DNA of 64,000 nucleotides from Barthelona sp. PCE (GCA_040285745.1 JAUFOR010000008.1:1674001-1738000); one strand, 5' to 3'; shown: positions 1 through 10,483, counted from the stretch's first letter. The notes: generated from the letters alone by a model not told the origin. A program made the numbers and translations.

Positions 1-185
1 CATTGTATGAACGTGGTTCTATACTCACTGATCTTGCAACAGATACGAACGACCTTGTTAACAGAGCTGATGCAGTTAAAAACAAAAGTATCGCACTCAG
101 ACGTAAAATGCTTATCAAAAAATACACACCTCTTGCAGTTATTGCTGCTATAGTACTTCTTATAATCTGGATGAAGTTTAGGTAA
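1..185 (+). CDS. R-SNARE (synaptobrevin/VAMP7-like), 3' partial
   Basis: ERG..L..L...T..L synaptobrevin coil followed by a basic patch and a C-terminal TM helix; the 5' end lies outside the window. Confidence 0.8.
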   Translation, partial: LYERGSILTDLATDTNDLVNRADAVKNKSIALRRKMLIKKYTPLAVIAAIVLLIIWMKFR

Positions 186-235
186 ATGTTTAAGAGGGTT
201 TACTATTGAATATATGAATAAATCAGAAAAAGTCA

Positions 236-1732
236 TTAAAACATTTCGTCTACAAAAGAAAATGTCTTCTTTGGTTGCTTTTTCGGTTTAACATCAGGTA
301 CGGTGCTGAATAAGGTGATGGGGACATCCTTTTTAACAGCAACAGGCTTTGTTCGAACAGGCACATCATCATCTAGCATATCAAGCAAACTTCCCTTGGC
401 TTTGGGGGATCCTCTAACAATTGGTTGTGGGTTTGGCTTGGGTTTTGGCTCATTATTGAATACACCGAATAAATCATTCGATTTTTCTCTTGAAGCAGGT
501 GCAACTTTAGGTTCAACATCTTCAACAAAGGAGAATAAATCGGTTTTTGGCTTGGGTTTGGGCTCATAAGCGACGGGTTTATATGAATGTGTTTCTTTCA
601 ATGGAGAAACGTTATTCAACGTCATGATTAGAACATCCAACTGTGGTTTGACGTTTGTGTTTCCTGAAAGGAACATCAAATCAGCAACATCGATGTAGCT
701 TTTTAGTTCTGACCGCTCCTGTGCCAATTTGTTGAGATAATAAACGGATTTGACGATTTTTTTTGGGACCTCATTAGCCTTTGCGATCTCCATCAATTTC
801 TCAACGATTGCAACAGTGTCCATCTTCAGCGCCCGTGTAATGTTATGCCCAGCCTCTGCCTCACTAGGAATCATACGGAATCCTCCTCCTCCAGTCATTG
901 TCTCAACCATTCTGGTTTCCAAGACAAGAGACGATTCAGAGAGTTCCCCGACCTCCTCAGGAGCAAGGATCTCCAACTGCGGCTCACTTGTTGACTTGGA
1001 AGTGTTAACAGATGAAGATCCAATACGTGAGTCAGAATAAGTCGTTTCTGTGATTGCCATTTTCGTATTTCCCTTTGTCCAACGGGAATCTGAGGATGAC
1101 ACTAGCTTTGTGCTTTCAGTCTTTTTCTTTGAGGTTCCATGAAAACCAGTTTCAACTGTTACGTCGGTCGGCATACTTACAGGTTTCGAGCTCATTCCAA
1201 TCTTTGATGAAGAAAGTCCAATGCGGCCGTTGCCAAATGCTTCAGACTTGTTATCGTTATTCGATCTTGCAGGACGAGAAGATGAAGAAATGGAAGAATT
1301 TGAGGGGCGGTTCTTCCTGCCAAAGCCTCCTGATATACTCAGGCCGATGGAGGGGGCTGCCGTGGGAGGCTTTCTAACAGGTAACATGTCGTCATAAATC
1401 ACGTTGAGCACTTCCTCTAATTGATTACGTACAGGTGAATTCAAGGGAACCTCACGGTTTCCGAGCTTCAGGGCGGCGTCACGAATGTTGGCAGAGCGAG
1501 ATCTACAAATATTTCTGGCTGCAACATCACCATCAGTAATAATAACTTCAAGAACTTTAAGTGTCTTCACTTTCACCTGCTCAGACCCTGATAGGCGTGC
1601 GATGAGGAAGTTTACGATGCTTGTGCATACAGGAGTTCCCTTAAATGTGTTCTCAGCGATTTTTGAAAGCAACGTATGATTTGCGAGTGTTTTATCATCT
1701 GACGTTGCGTTTACGAGAGAAACTTTGTCCAT
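236..1732 (-). CDS. Tepsin-like ENTH/VHS protein (AP-4 accessory)
   Basis: N-terminal ENTH (ATSDD; ARL..S.QVKVKTLKVL), central tVHS-like ETRMVETMTGGGGFRMIPS, disordered tail with DLF/FSF motifs. Confidence 0.7.
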   Translation of the reverse strand: MDKVSLVNATSDDKTLANHTLLSKIAENTFKGTPVCTSIVNFLIARLSGSEQVKVKTLKVLEVIITDGDVAARNICRSRSANIRDAALKLGNREVPLNSPVRNQLEEVLNVIYDDMLPVRKPPTAAPSIGLSISGGFGRKNRPSNSSISSSSRPARSNNDNKSEAFGNGRIGLSSSKIGMSSKPVSMPTDVTVETGFHGTSKKKTESTKLVSSSDSRWTKGNTKMAITETTYSDSRIGSSSVNTSKSTSEPQLEILAPEEVGELSESSLVLETRMVETMTGGGGFRMIPSEAEAGHNITRALKMDTVAIVEKLMEIAKANEVPKKIVKSVYYLNKLAQERSELKSYIDVADLMFLSGNTNVKPQLDVLIMTLNNVSPLKETHSYKPVAYEPKPKPKTDLFSFVEDVEPKVAPASREKSNDLFGVFNNEPKPKPNPQPIVRGSPKAKGSLLDMLDDDVPVRTKPVAVKKDVPITLFSTVPDVKPKKQPKKTFSFVDEMF

Positions 1733-1950
1733 AGCGACTTAGATACTGGTTTAAACCACTTTGAAATGGATATTATTAATCAAAACAGTTTTCCTATTCA
1801 AGAAGCAGCTATTTCCAGATACCCCCACACTAATTGAAGCAATTCTTCTTCACACAATAACTTTTTGGCAACAAAATTTGGCAGGCATGTGTTTTTCAAA
1901 CATCATCCTTTTCCTCTCCTTCTGTTTATTTTTTTAATTTTTTTTGTGGG

Positions 1951-3120
1951 ATGGCAGACGTTGATGAGGTTGATTTCCCGGATAACGTGATTTTACCACC
2001 CCCTCGTGTTTTACAACTTATTCATCGTATCGTACAGAGTGTACTAGCAAGTGGAAAAGAGTTTGAACAACTTGTCAAGGAGAAGTACGGTGGAAGGGCT
2101 GACTTTGCATTCTTAGATGAAGATAATCCATATCACACATACTACAAGTATAAGCTTTCCGAATCTGTTGAATCCAAGATATCCCCAGTGCAAGATGAGC
2201 CCGAGGAGGTACAGGAGGCTGAATTGGTGGACAGTACAGAGGAAAGTAGTACAACAGTTGCTATTCAGCAAGCAGCTCGCTTAGTTATCAATACAGAATT
2301 CCCTAAACCGGAAAATATCCCCTTAGACCTGGACTTTGTCATTGGTTCCTGCCCAAGTGATGCCAAAACCCGATTATTGATTGACGTAACTGCGCAACAT
2401 GTCGCCCGAGCAGGAAAAACAAAACTGGCTGATATTACGATGAAGTATTCAAATGATACTGAATTTTCGTTTCTATCAGCAAATGATCCCCACTATCTAT
2501 ATTTCATGTCCTTAATTAAATCATATGCGATTATTTATCACCATCCTCAACGGATTCATCAATATCTGGATGAAAGAAGCAATAAGACCGAATTTCTGGA
2601 GAGAGCATACGAGAGGAAGGGATATGCGTTGCATCAGGAATCAGAATTCTCCAAGAATATCGATTGGGAAGATTTTGAGTTGGTAGCAACAGTTGACTTT
2701 ACCGATAAGAGGACTGAAATAATTGAAACAAAGAAAGAAGAAAAGGAAGAAGTCGGTGGAATTGAGACACAGAACTGGTTAGATTTACTAAATACACAAC
2801 ATAATCAAGACGATAAAAAGAATTTCCAAGCTTCTTTAGGAAACAAAAAAGAAACTACTGCTCGAATTATCTTCCCACAGCACCGGACAAAGCCTGAATG
2901 GGATCTTAACGGTCAAGAACAGACAATAACAGTGGACTGCAACATATCACAGTTGGAGTTTAAAGATGCTGTGTGTCGACTTAAACCGCAGTGTCCGCCC
3001 AAAAAAATACAGCTCAAGATGGGGGATAGATGGATTAAACCAAAGAGCATCCCCATGGTTTTCGAAGAGGGCGTTCCGATCAGTGTCCATATTAAGTCAA
3101 GAGGTGGAAAAAAACGTTAA
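1951..3120 (+). CDS. SF3A1: Splicing factor 3A subunit 1 (Prp21)
   Basis: Two SURP motifs (FAFL...NPYHTYY; FSFL...DPHYLYF), IDWEDFELVATVDF, C-terminal ubiquitin-like region ending RGGKKR. Confidence 0.9.
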   Translation: MADVDEVDFPDNVILPPPRVLQLIHRIVQSVLASGKEFEQLVKEKYGGRADFAFLDEDNPYHTYYKYKLSESVESKISPVQDEPEEVQEAELVDSTEESSTTVAIQQAARLVINTEFPKPENIPLDLDFVIGSCPSDAKTRLLIDVTAQHVARAGKTKLADITMKYSNDTEFSFLSANDPHYLYFMSLIKSYAIIYHHPQRIHQYLDERSNKTEFLERAYERKGYALHQESEFSKNIDWEDFELVATVDFTDKRTEIIETKKEEKEEVGGIETQNWLDLLNTQHNQDDKKNFQASLGNKKETTARIIFPQHRTKPEWDLNGQEQTITVDCNISQLEFKDAVCRLKPQCPPKKIQLKMGDRWIKPKSIPMVFEEGVPISVHIKSRGGKKR

Positions 3121-4161
3121 TGCATCACTGGCGGCAAAGGGGATACCTGTGACGTTGGTAGAATCACAATATAAATTACAAAGAGGTGCATAATAGTTGT
3201 AACGCTCATTAACATAATTTGTGTTCAATTCAATCTTTTGTGACCGTTTCTTAGACATTCGCGGTTTAATTTCTTCAAGAAATACAGTAAAATTATAATA
3301 AAACATTGATAACACAATATTACATAAACTCTTTTCTTCTTCATCTTCTTTCGTAATCCATTCATCAAAATGCGAAAAAAAGAATATAAATGCGCTTGAT
3401 ACAACGCTGTTGTCACTTAGAATACGTGAATTTTCCCATGAAAAGTTATACAAATTAGCAAATGTGATACCCAATACTTTCAACTTAAATTTAAACTTTG
3501 CAAACACACTATCCGCCATAATATCGCTCAGCAGGTCACTGAATCGTGGAATTGTTGGCATATATACCACAAATTCTTTATAATTGCTCATCGTTAGGAT
3601 ATCCTTATAGTATTCGTACATGACTTCCTCTAACTCTGGAGAGCAGCACGATGCGTACTTTAGAAACCCCAGCAGCCGTTTGTCGACCTCTGTTTTTTGA
3701 ATGGGGAGGAAAATTCTAACAAACCTCAAAAATTCATCATCGAACCGCTTTGAATCATTGACATACACAGGGGCAGTAGTCTCGAAGAGTTTGTGATATG
3801 ATCTCAAACATGAAACAACTTCAGAACTGAACTGAATCTTGCTATCACGAAGATAATCAATGGTGAACTTTTTCCAAATCACCAGTAAAGCGCTAGTTAC
3901 AAAGTCAAAGTGATCCACCTGATCAACACTTTCCATGTCGGTTAAATAAAACTCAATATGTTGTTTAAAGTCAACAAAAATCTGCATTATGTGTCTATCT
4001 GGTCCGTTCAAGATAATGTCAAGGAAAAACTTGTCGTTCCTTACCTTCTCGCTCAGGTTTTCACCTAATCCCAACGTGTGACCCAACTCAATATCATGGT
4101 ATTGAATAATATCTTCCATAAGCTGACTGGATGCCTTCAGCGCGTCGAGCGTTTCCGCCAT
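3097..4161 (-). CDS. Hypothetical helical protein
   Basis: 354-aa ATG-initiated ORF, no recognised motif; its 3' end overlaps SF3A1 by 24 nt. Confidence 0.65.
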   Translation of the reverse strand: MAETLDALKASSQLMEDIIQYHDIELGHTLGLGENLSEKVRNDKFFLDIILNGPDRHIMQIFVDFKQHIEFYLTDMESVDQVDHFDFVTSALLVIWKKFTIDYLRDSKIQFSSEVVSCLRSYHKLFETTAPVYVNDSKRFDDEFLRFVRIFLPIQKTEVDKRLLGFLKYASCCSPELEEVMYEYYKDILTMSNYKEFVVYMPTIPRFSDLLSDIMADSVFAKFKFKLKVLGITFANLYNFSWENSRILSDNSVVSSAFIFFFSHFDEWITKEDEEEKSLCNIVLSMFYYNFTVFLEEIKPRMSKKRSQKIELNTNYVNERYNYYAPLCNLYCDSTNVTGIPFAASDALTFFSTS

Positions 4162-4541
4162 ATGATGCGCAGGGGTGTGACTTCCTCAAAAGGGAAAAAA
4201 TAACAAATACAATATAAAAACTAGCTTTAACGTTCATTTAGAATAATCCCGAATGTGGTTCGCAACATATATATGGATTTTAGCCAATTATACCGTGCTA
4301 CTGAGCCATATTTCCACTGTGAGCCCACTGCACAAAGAATCTCCTCAATTTCTATTCTACAGCTCCTAATAAATGGTGATCAGCATTCTTATAATATAAC
4401 ATACCGATGTTGCGGTAAGAAAATATCTAACTTCACCTTTTGTTTGAACTTGAAAACATTTCTTCGCTTTTGAGTTTCTCACTCTTATCATAAAACCTTC
4501 AGAAAAGTTTTTCACTTATCTATCTACACAACCACACTAAA

Positions 4542-5138
4542 ATGCTCGTTAACAAAGTTGCACCTGATTTTTCCGGCGTTGCCGTTATTGGCGCCGATTA
4601 CTTCAAGGATATCTGCCTTTCCGACTTCAAGGGAAAGTACGTTGTTCTTTCCTTCCTTCCTCTCGCATTCACATTCGTTTGTCCCACTGAAATTAAAGCT
4701 GCTGATGCTCTTCGTGGTCAATTCGAAGCTGCCAACTGTGAACTCATCATCTGTTCTGTTGACTCCCAGTTCACTCTCAACCAGTGGCGCAATCTTCCTG
4801 AGGAGCAGGGTGGTCTGAATGGTATTCGTACCACTCTTCTCTCTGATCTCACTCACAAGATCGCTGAGGACTACGGTGTCCTAACAGAGGCCGGTTACGC
4901 TCTTCGTGGTTCATTCCTCATTGATTACCAAGGTGATGAGCCCATTGTTAAGGCTGTTTGGTGTCATGCTGATGATGTTGGTCGTAACTTCACAGAAATC
5001 CTTCGTGTCGTCAAGAACTTTGACTTTGTCAAGCACAATGATGTCGTTTGTCCTGCTGGCTTCGATGTTGATGATGGCATTGAGAATACTATTGTTCCTG
5101 ATGTTAAGGATGCCAAGAAGTACTTTGAGTCCCATTAA
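4542..5138 (+). CDS. Typical 2-Cys peroxiredoxin (AhpC/Prx1)
   Basis: FTFVCPTE peroxidatic motif, VVCPAG resolving Cys, GGL and YF motifs; strong codon bias. Confidence 0.95.
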   Translation: MLVNKVAPDFSGVAVIGADYFKDICLSDFKGKYVVLSFLPLAFTFVCPTEIKAADALRGQFEAANCELIICSVDSQFTLNQWRNLPEEQGGLNGIRTTLLSDLTHKIAEDYGVLTEAGYALRGSFLIDYQGDEPIVKAVWCHADDVGRNFTEILRVVKNFDFVKHNDVVCPAGFDVDDGIENTIVPDVKDAKKYFESH

Positions 5139-5180
5139 TCATTCTTTGAATTAGTAAAATTGCGTAAATTAAAGTTTTTA

Positions 5181-6137
5181 TTATGTACTTGTGAAGGGGT
5201 TTTCTGAAATATAATTAAGTGGAATTAATTTGGGACATCCTTTACGATTCAACTCTCTCAATTTCCACTGTCGCAGATGATAAATCTCTGATTGAAAGCT
5301 TGCTAAGAGCAAAACATTGGATAAAATCAAAAAATATTGAGCAACACTTCTAGTGTTACAATAAACTCCATTATCGTTACAACCATTCGTAAACGTCACA
5401 TATACGACAGCGAAAACAAGATACACAATCACCAGAACATATTTATAGTTCAAAGATCGATGTGAGGTTAAAGATTGAAGATAGTACGGTTGGCTAGCCA
5501 ATGATAATGTGTGAAATAGTGAAACATGTGCAAAGCAGAAAATGGCTAACCAAATGGTGTACTGCCACGCTGCAACTTGATGCATGTACTCATGTACATT
5601 CATGGATATGATTGCAATGAGTGGTAAAAAAACCCCCAAGCCACAGCCTATTACGTACTCAAAGATGAAAAGAAGCCCTCTCCACACGCGTGCACTCTTC
5701 AACATGCACACGAAAAACCCTTGCTCGGTTGAATAAGGCCCCATGAAGGTAACAAATTCGAGTTCAACACCGTTAATATTCTGTTGGTCGAATAGCACCT
5801 CTCCTAACAAGCAGTAGAAGTTATGGGCCAAAAAGCAGAGCCCAATGTAACCTATAATGAATCCAATAACCATTATGGTGTATTCTGGTTGAGAAAACTC
5901 ATGCGGTGATGATCCCATACGACTCACAGTAGGGAATAGACGCTGGATCCGTTTCTTCACCCATACGCTAATAATGTAGTCTGCAATAATCGCGAGGATA
6001 ACACATGAGATACAAGACGAGAGGAAAACCTCCAGTCTTTTGTTGTAGTACTTTATCTGCTTATTCTTGATCCTTTCAGCTTCTAACGCACCTTTTCCAA
6101 CGGAAACCTTGCCCGTGATGCTAGGTGTATGGTCCAT
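5181..6137 (-). CDS. Multi-pass membrane protein, Frag1/DRAM/Sfk1-like
   Basis: About 6 TM segments; FPTVSRMG..PEY, MHQVAA and terminal QY..I patterns. Confidence 0.6.
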   Translation of the reverse strand: MDHTPSITGKVSVGKGALEAERIKNKQIKYYNKRLEVFLSSCISCVILAIIADYIISVWVKKRIQRLFPTVSRMGSSPHEFSQPEYTIMVIGFIIGYIGLCFLAHNFYCLLGEVLFDQQNINGVELEFVTFMGPYSTEQGFFVCMLKSARVWRGLLFIFEYVIGCGLGVFLPLIAIISMNVHEYMHQVAAWQYTIWLAIFCFAHVSLFHTLSLASQPYYLQSLTSHRSLNYKYVLVIVYLVFAVVYVTFTNGCNDNGVYCNTRSVAQYFLILSNVLLLASFQSEIYHLRQWKLRELNRKGCPKLIPLNYISENPFTST

Positions 6138-6703
6138 ACAAACTATTTTAATTGAATGCTAAAATAAAAAAGGAAAAGAAGCAACTACGAAGTCTTTACG
6201 AAGTTTTCTTAAGCTTTGCACATCATTCTATTCGTATTCAACACGAGCTTATTGTGCAAAAAAAGATGCACCATTCCATTCAAATACAAAAACAATTGTC
6301 TACACAAAACTAGGTTTCCATATATCAATGTAGCCACATTTAACATGCCCAATGCACGTAATTCCCACGGTATCAAAAAGCAATAACATACGAAATATAC
6401 GAAATGGATGAGAAATGAATAGCACCTTTTACAAGAAGCTAAATGCTCTATTGTATCTGTTAAGTTGGATTTTGGGAAGTTTAACACCATGTTCATGTAC
6501 GTACAAACCTGAATCAGACAAATTTCCGGAACAGCTGTTCAAAAAAAGTTCGCAATAATTTCTTGAGCGTGCGTGAGCCGCCCATGGAATATACCACATG
6601 ATATGAAACATACAAACTCATTATTACAACAAAGACATTGTAATTGCATTTTTATTCCTTTTCTTCTGTTTGTTTATTTTCAGGGTTGTAATTAGGTTAT
6701 TCA

Positions 6704-7351
6704 ATGTTTAATGCGTTCAGAATTGCGGGAGATTTCAGTCATTTACTGAGTTATTATTTTCTGCTGAAAAAAATGACAAAACGTAAATCATGTTCAGGTA
6801 TAAGCTATAAAACACAGTTTCTCTACCTAATCGTGTTCTGCACACGTTACTTAGACCTTTTTTGGAAAGTTAGAGATTTTTACTCTACATCTATGCGTAT
6901 TCTATACATTTTAACAACCGCTTATGTTGTTTACACAATTAAATTTAAGTTGAAGGGTACATATCAACGTGATTCAGATCAAATTAATATACTTTTTTTC
7001 ATAATCCCTTCTTATTTATTGGGACTCATTTGGAATCCAAAATTCACTTTTTTCTATGTTTTGTGGAGTGGAAGTGTCTTTTTAGAAAGTATAAGTATAA
7101 TACCACAAATTATTTTATTACGAAAATCAAAAAATATTGAAAATGTTACTGCAAATTATGTATTTACATTAGGTCTATATAGATTCTTATATCTGCTCGG
7201 ATGGGGTTACAGAACATTAACAGATAGTCATTATAAACCATTACCGTTCGTTTGGATTTGTGCAATTATTCAGTGTGCATTGTATTTAGATTTTTTTTAT
7301 TATTTTACTGTGGCACGCGTTGTAGGTATGAAATTTTCGCTGCCTAACTGA
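6704..7351 (+). CDS. ERD2: ER lumen protein-retaining (KDEL/HDEL) receptor
   Basis: FRIAGDFSHL, SCSGIS.KTQ, RYLDLF, LESI.I.PQ, LGLYR.LY, LY.DFFY. Confidence 0.97.
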   Translation: MFNAFRIAGDFSHLLSYYFLLKKMTKRKSCSGISYKTQFLYLIVFCTRYLDLFWKVRDFYSTSMRILYILTTAYVVYTIKFKLKGTYQRDSDQINILFFIIPSYLLGLIWNPKFTFFYVLWSGSVFLESISIIPQIILLRKSKNIENVTANYVFTLGLYRFLYLLGWGYRTLTDSHYKPLPFVWICAIIQCALYLDFFYYFTVARVVGMKFSLPN

Positions 7352-7388
7352 TCAAAAAGTAAATAATTGATGATTGCGAGTAACTTGA

Positions 7389-7571
7389 CTACTTCTTGAT
7401 TTCAGAGTAAGGATACACGCCTACCTCGATCTTTCCATCAATACGCTCTTTGGAGTGAGGATCGTGTACACTAAAACGTGCAGGATGAGCAGATCTAGTA
7501 AAAGCATCACATTTGGGACACTTGGAATCGAGTGTGTATGTCTCGCATCTTTCGCACCATTTAATAAACAT
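7389..7571 (-). CDS. NOP10: H/ACA snoRNP protein Nop10 (zinc-ribbon type)
   Basis: 60 aa from ATG 7571: YTL, TRSAHPARFS..D..SKERI, with CERC and CPKC. Confidence 0.9.
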   Translation of the reverse strand: MFIKWCERCETYTLDSKCPKCDAFTRSAHPARFSVHDPHSKERIDGKIEVGVYPYSEIKK

Positions 7572-7867
7572 CTGTAGGATTGGTAATGTGTAAATAAGGT
7601 TATATAGGAAATAACAAGTCATTTTTCATGTGTAGAAGTTATGTATCAGTTTATTGTTCATATTTGACATCCTAACTTTGTATAAGTACTTATAAAAGAG
7701 AAGAAATGTAAAAACAGTGATTGGAATACGAGAAAAAATAAATTCTCGAATATTTGTGGTTAGACCATACCGTCTATGTGGTCACTGGGCAAAGTATCAC
7801 TATTTGGATCCCCCTGCTCTTCTTTGAAGCTGTTTTCCAATTTATTTCCTACCTTTTTTTGAAAATC

Positions 7868-9056
7868 ATGAATAAGTTCGTTTTTTTCGCTTTGATTGCG
7901 TTTGTGGCGCTTGCCACTGCTGAGCAGGGCTGCCAGTATGTTTTTTTGGGTGATTCCCAACGAACACTTGTCATTCACATTTAGACACTTTTGTAACAAA
8001 GAAGATGGTGTGTTCACCTGCACCAAGGTGTGCAAGGACATTAAGATCCCTTTAAAGCCAAAGTCTGTTGATTCTTTTAAGATTCCTCCTAAGGAAATGA
8101 CTCGTCCTTTCAAGATTCCTCCTAAGAATGCCACATGGACATCCAAGATCCCCCCTAAGACTACTTCCAAGACTTTCAAAATTCCTCCCAAGAACAAAAT
8201 TTCTTTTAAGGTTCCTCCCAAGGCCATGAACGTTGTTGAGCAGAAGATTCCCCTTAAGGACGTCTCTACTAAGGTTGAGAAGATCCCTCTTAAGAACAAA
8301 ATTTCATTCAAGGTTCCTCCCAAGGCCATGAACGTTGTTGAGCAGAAGATTCCCCTTAAGGACGTCTCTACTAAGGTTGAGAAGATCCCTCTTAAGAACA
8401 AAATTTCATTCAAGGTTCCTCCCAAGGCCATGAATGTTGTCAAGCAGAAGCTTCCTCCTAAACCCATTAAGGTAAAGAAGATTGCACCCAAGCCTATGAT
8501 CACCAAGAAGCAGAAGCTGCCCATTACCGGTAACAAGTTCCACTTTGATCTGCCCGAGTATCCATTGTGCCCCATTTGTGAATCGGGCATGCAGTCTCTT
8601 TATGAGTATATTAAAACCCAGGGTGTCATCCAAAAACTTGACGATTACGTTATGCGTATCTGTGAGTATGTTGGTGATGATAAGAAGCTCATGTGCAAGA
8701 GCATTGTTCAAGCTTATGTTCCTCAACTAATTGATATCTTTGAGAATTCTGTTACTCCCAAGGCTGCTTGTGGATTCCTCTCATTATGTCCTAAGCAGGT
8801 TAAGCTTCAGCTCACTGAAACTCCTTCTTGCAGCATCTGCGAGTTTATTGTTTCCACCGTTGAGCATCTCTTAGCAGATGTTAATGTTGAGCAAATGATC
8901 ACTCAGGCTGCAGTTTCTATGTGCACCCACCTTCCTAGCCAGTACACCGGTCTTTGTCTTAATTTCGTCAATACATACGTACCCGCACTCATTGAACAAC
9001 TTGAGGGTTATCTTTCTGACCCTGAGGCTGCTTGCTCAGCTGTCAAGCTTTGTTAA
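7868..9056 (+). CDS. Secreted saposin-like (SAPLIP) precursor: signal peptide, Lys/Pro repeats, two SapB domains; exons 7868-7935 and 7985-9056
   Basis: The signal peptide MNKFVFFALIAFVALATA joins the long ORF in frame after removing a GT-AG intron; two six-Cys SapB patterns (CPIC..C..C..C..LC; CSIC..C..C..C..LC). Confidence 0.88.
7936..7984 (+). other. Spliceosomal intron, 49 nt
   Basis: GTATGT...ATTCACATTTAG; removal gives ..GCQHFCNK.. and restores the frame. Confidence 0.9.
8190..8449 (+). repeat. 102-nt (34-aa) near-identical tandem repeat, about 2.5 copies
   Basis: Units start at 8190, 8292 and 8394 (KNKISFKVPPKAMNVVEQKIPLKDVSTKVEKIPL). Confidence 0.92.
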
Positions 9057-9447
9057 ATGATTGGCTTAGTTCTCCATTATTGGATTTAGTAAAGTTTTTT
9101 ATAATCTTGAAAAATTTAAAGTTTGAAAAAGTTGTCTTTAAGCTACATTTAGGCTTCCTAAGACTGATATCTCCAACGACCTCCTTAGCAATCTTAAAAC
9201 TTTTTCAGAACAGGATGGTTATGATAAGCAAATTTACAATATCCCAGAATAGATGATAATAGAAAAAAAAATTATGGTTAAATAACAGCTTGAACGCCCT
9301 CAATCCATCAAAGGATGCTTCGCGAGCCACCCAGCGATAAAAGCCAGAGAGAAAAAATTGTGCTTCCAAAACATTCATCAATGCTTCTCACAAATTGTCC
9401 TTACCCATCACACGGTCCAATAAACACATACTCAGTGGTAAAAACGT

Positions 9448-9523
9448 TTGCTCAGTTTGTACAAGGAATGTAAAAAAAATGCAAGCTTCAAACCATTCAC
9501 TGCATATCTTTAACATCACAAAG
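9448..9523 (-). ncRNA. Candidate box C/D snoRNA
   Basis: Box C-like GUGAUGU (9519-9513), box D CUGA (9455-9452), possible D' GUGA preceded by UUAAAGAUAUGC, which is partly complementary to the LSU 5' GCAUAUCNNUAA. Confidence 0.4.
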
Positions 9524-9621
9524 CTCTTCATGAGCCAGTTAAGGAGCAGTTCCAACTGAAGAAAATGCTCAACAACTTCCTTTAGCTTTTTTTACTTCTT
9601 TTATACCCTTATAACACTTCA

Positions 9622-10185
9622 ATGCGTTATATCTTAAGATCTAACAGTAAGACCTCCAAGAAACCTCTCAATATGTTCGATAGATCACGCTTAAATGAGG
9701 AACTGCGCCTATGTGGTGAGTTTGGACTCAAGAGCAAGGGTGAGATCTACCGTGTACGCTATGCGTTAGGTAAAATCAGGCAGCATGCCAGAAACCTGCT
9801 GACTTTAGAGTCTGACTCCCTCATTAGACAATTTGAAGGTGCTGCACTCTTACGTCGTCTTCACAGGTACGGTATCCTTGATGAGAGCAAGAACGAGCTG
9901 GATTATGTCCTCTCCCTCACTGCCAAGGACCTACTCCGTCGTCGTCTTCAATCTATTGTCCAGGACCGTTCTGACAAGAGCATCCACGAGGCACGTGTTG
10001 ATATCAAGAAGCGCCACTATCGCGTTGGCAAGCAGCTCGTTGACGTTCCTTCATACATGGTTCGTGTCCAGAACGAGAACATGATTGATCTCGCTTACAC
10101 TTCCAGTCTCACCAACCACAAGGCCGGCCGTCGTGCTAAGAAGAACAAATCTAAGCAGTCCGAGGAGGGTGATGAGTTCATGTAA
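9622..10185 (+). CDS. RPS9: 40S ribosomal protein S9 (uS4)
   Basis: ELRLCGEFGLK.K.EI.RV, FEGAALLRRL, RRLQ, SIHEARV, VGKQLVDVPSYMVR. Confidence 0.97.
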   Translation: MRYILRSNSKTSKKPLNMFDRSRLNEELRLCGEFGLKSKGEIYRVRYALGKIRQHARNLLTLESDSLIRQFEGAALLRRLHRYGILDESKNELDYVLSLTAKDLLRRRLQSIVQDRSDKSIHEARVDIKKRHYRVGKQLVDVPSYMVRVQNENMIDLAYTSSLTNHKAGRRAKKNKSKQSEEGDEFM

Positions 10186-10483
10186 TTCGAGTAAATATTG
10201 AAGCTCTTAATTCCTTCATTCAAAGCCTTTTAATATTGTTTTAATGATGTTAAAGGAACATTCTTTTACTGTTTGAACTTACAGAGAATAATTACAGAAT
10301 AAATATTGTCAAAAAGGAACTTTTCAACTATTTTATATCTATACATGACATCAAATTGTCAGGTAAACGTTCCAGAAAAGACTGGAATACACTCCAATGC
10401 TTCCAAATATATATTCTTTTTTCTTACCTTTAACCTTTTTTTAAAATGTTCAATTAATGAATTGTATGAATACTCAATGATAA

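Noticed and set aside
7754-7984. Apparent frameshift or pseudogene at the start of the saposin gene
   Set aside because: Fully explained by a canonical 49-nt intron
8190-8449. CRISPR-like array
   Set aside because: In-frame coding tandem repeats without unique spacers, in a eukaryotic context
7760-8590. 276-aa repetitive antisense ORF
   Set aside because: Mirror of the KIPPK repeat array
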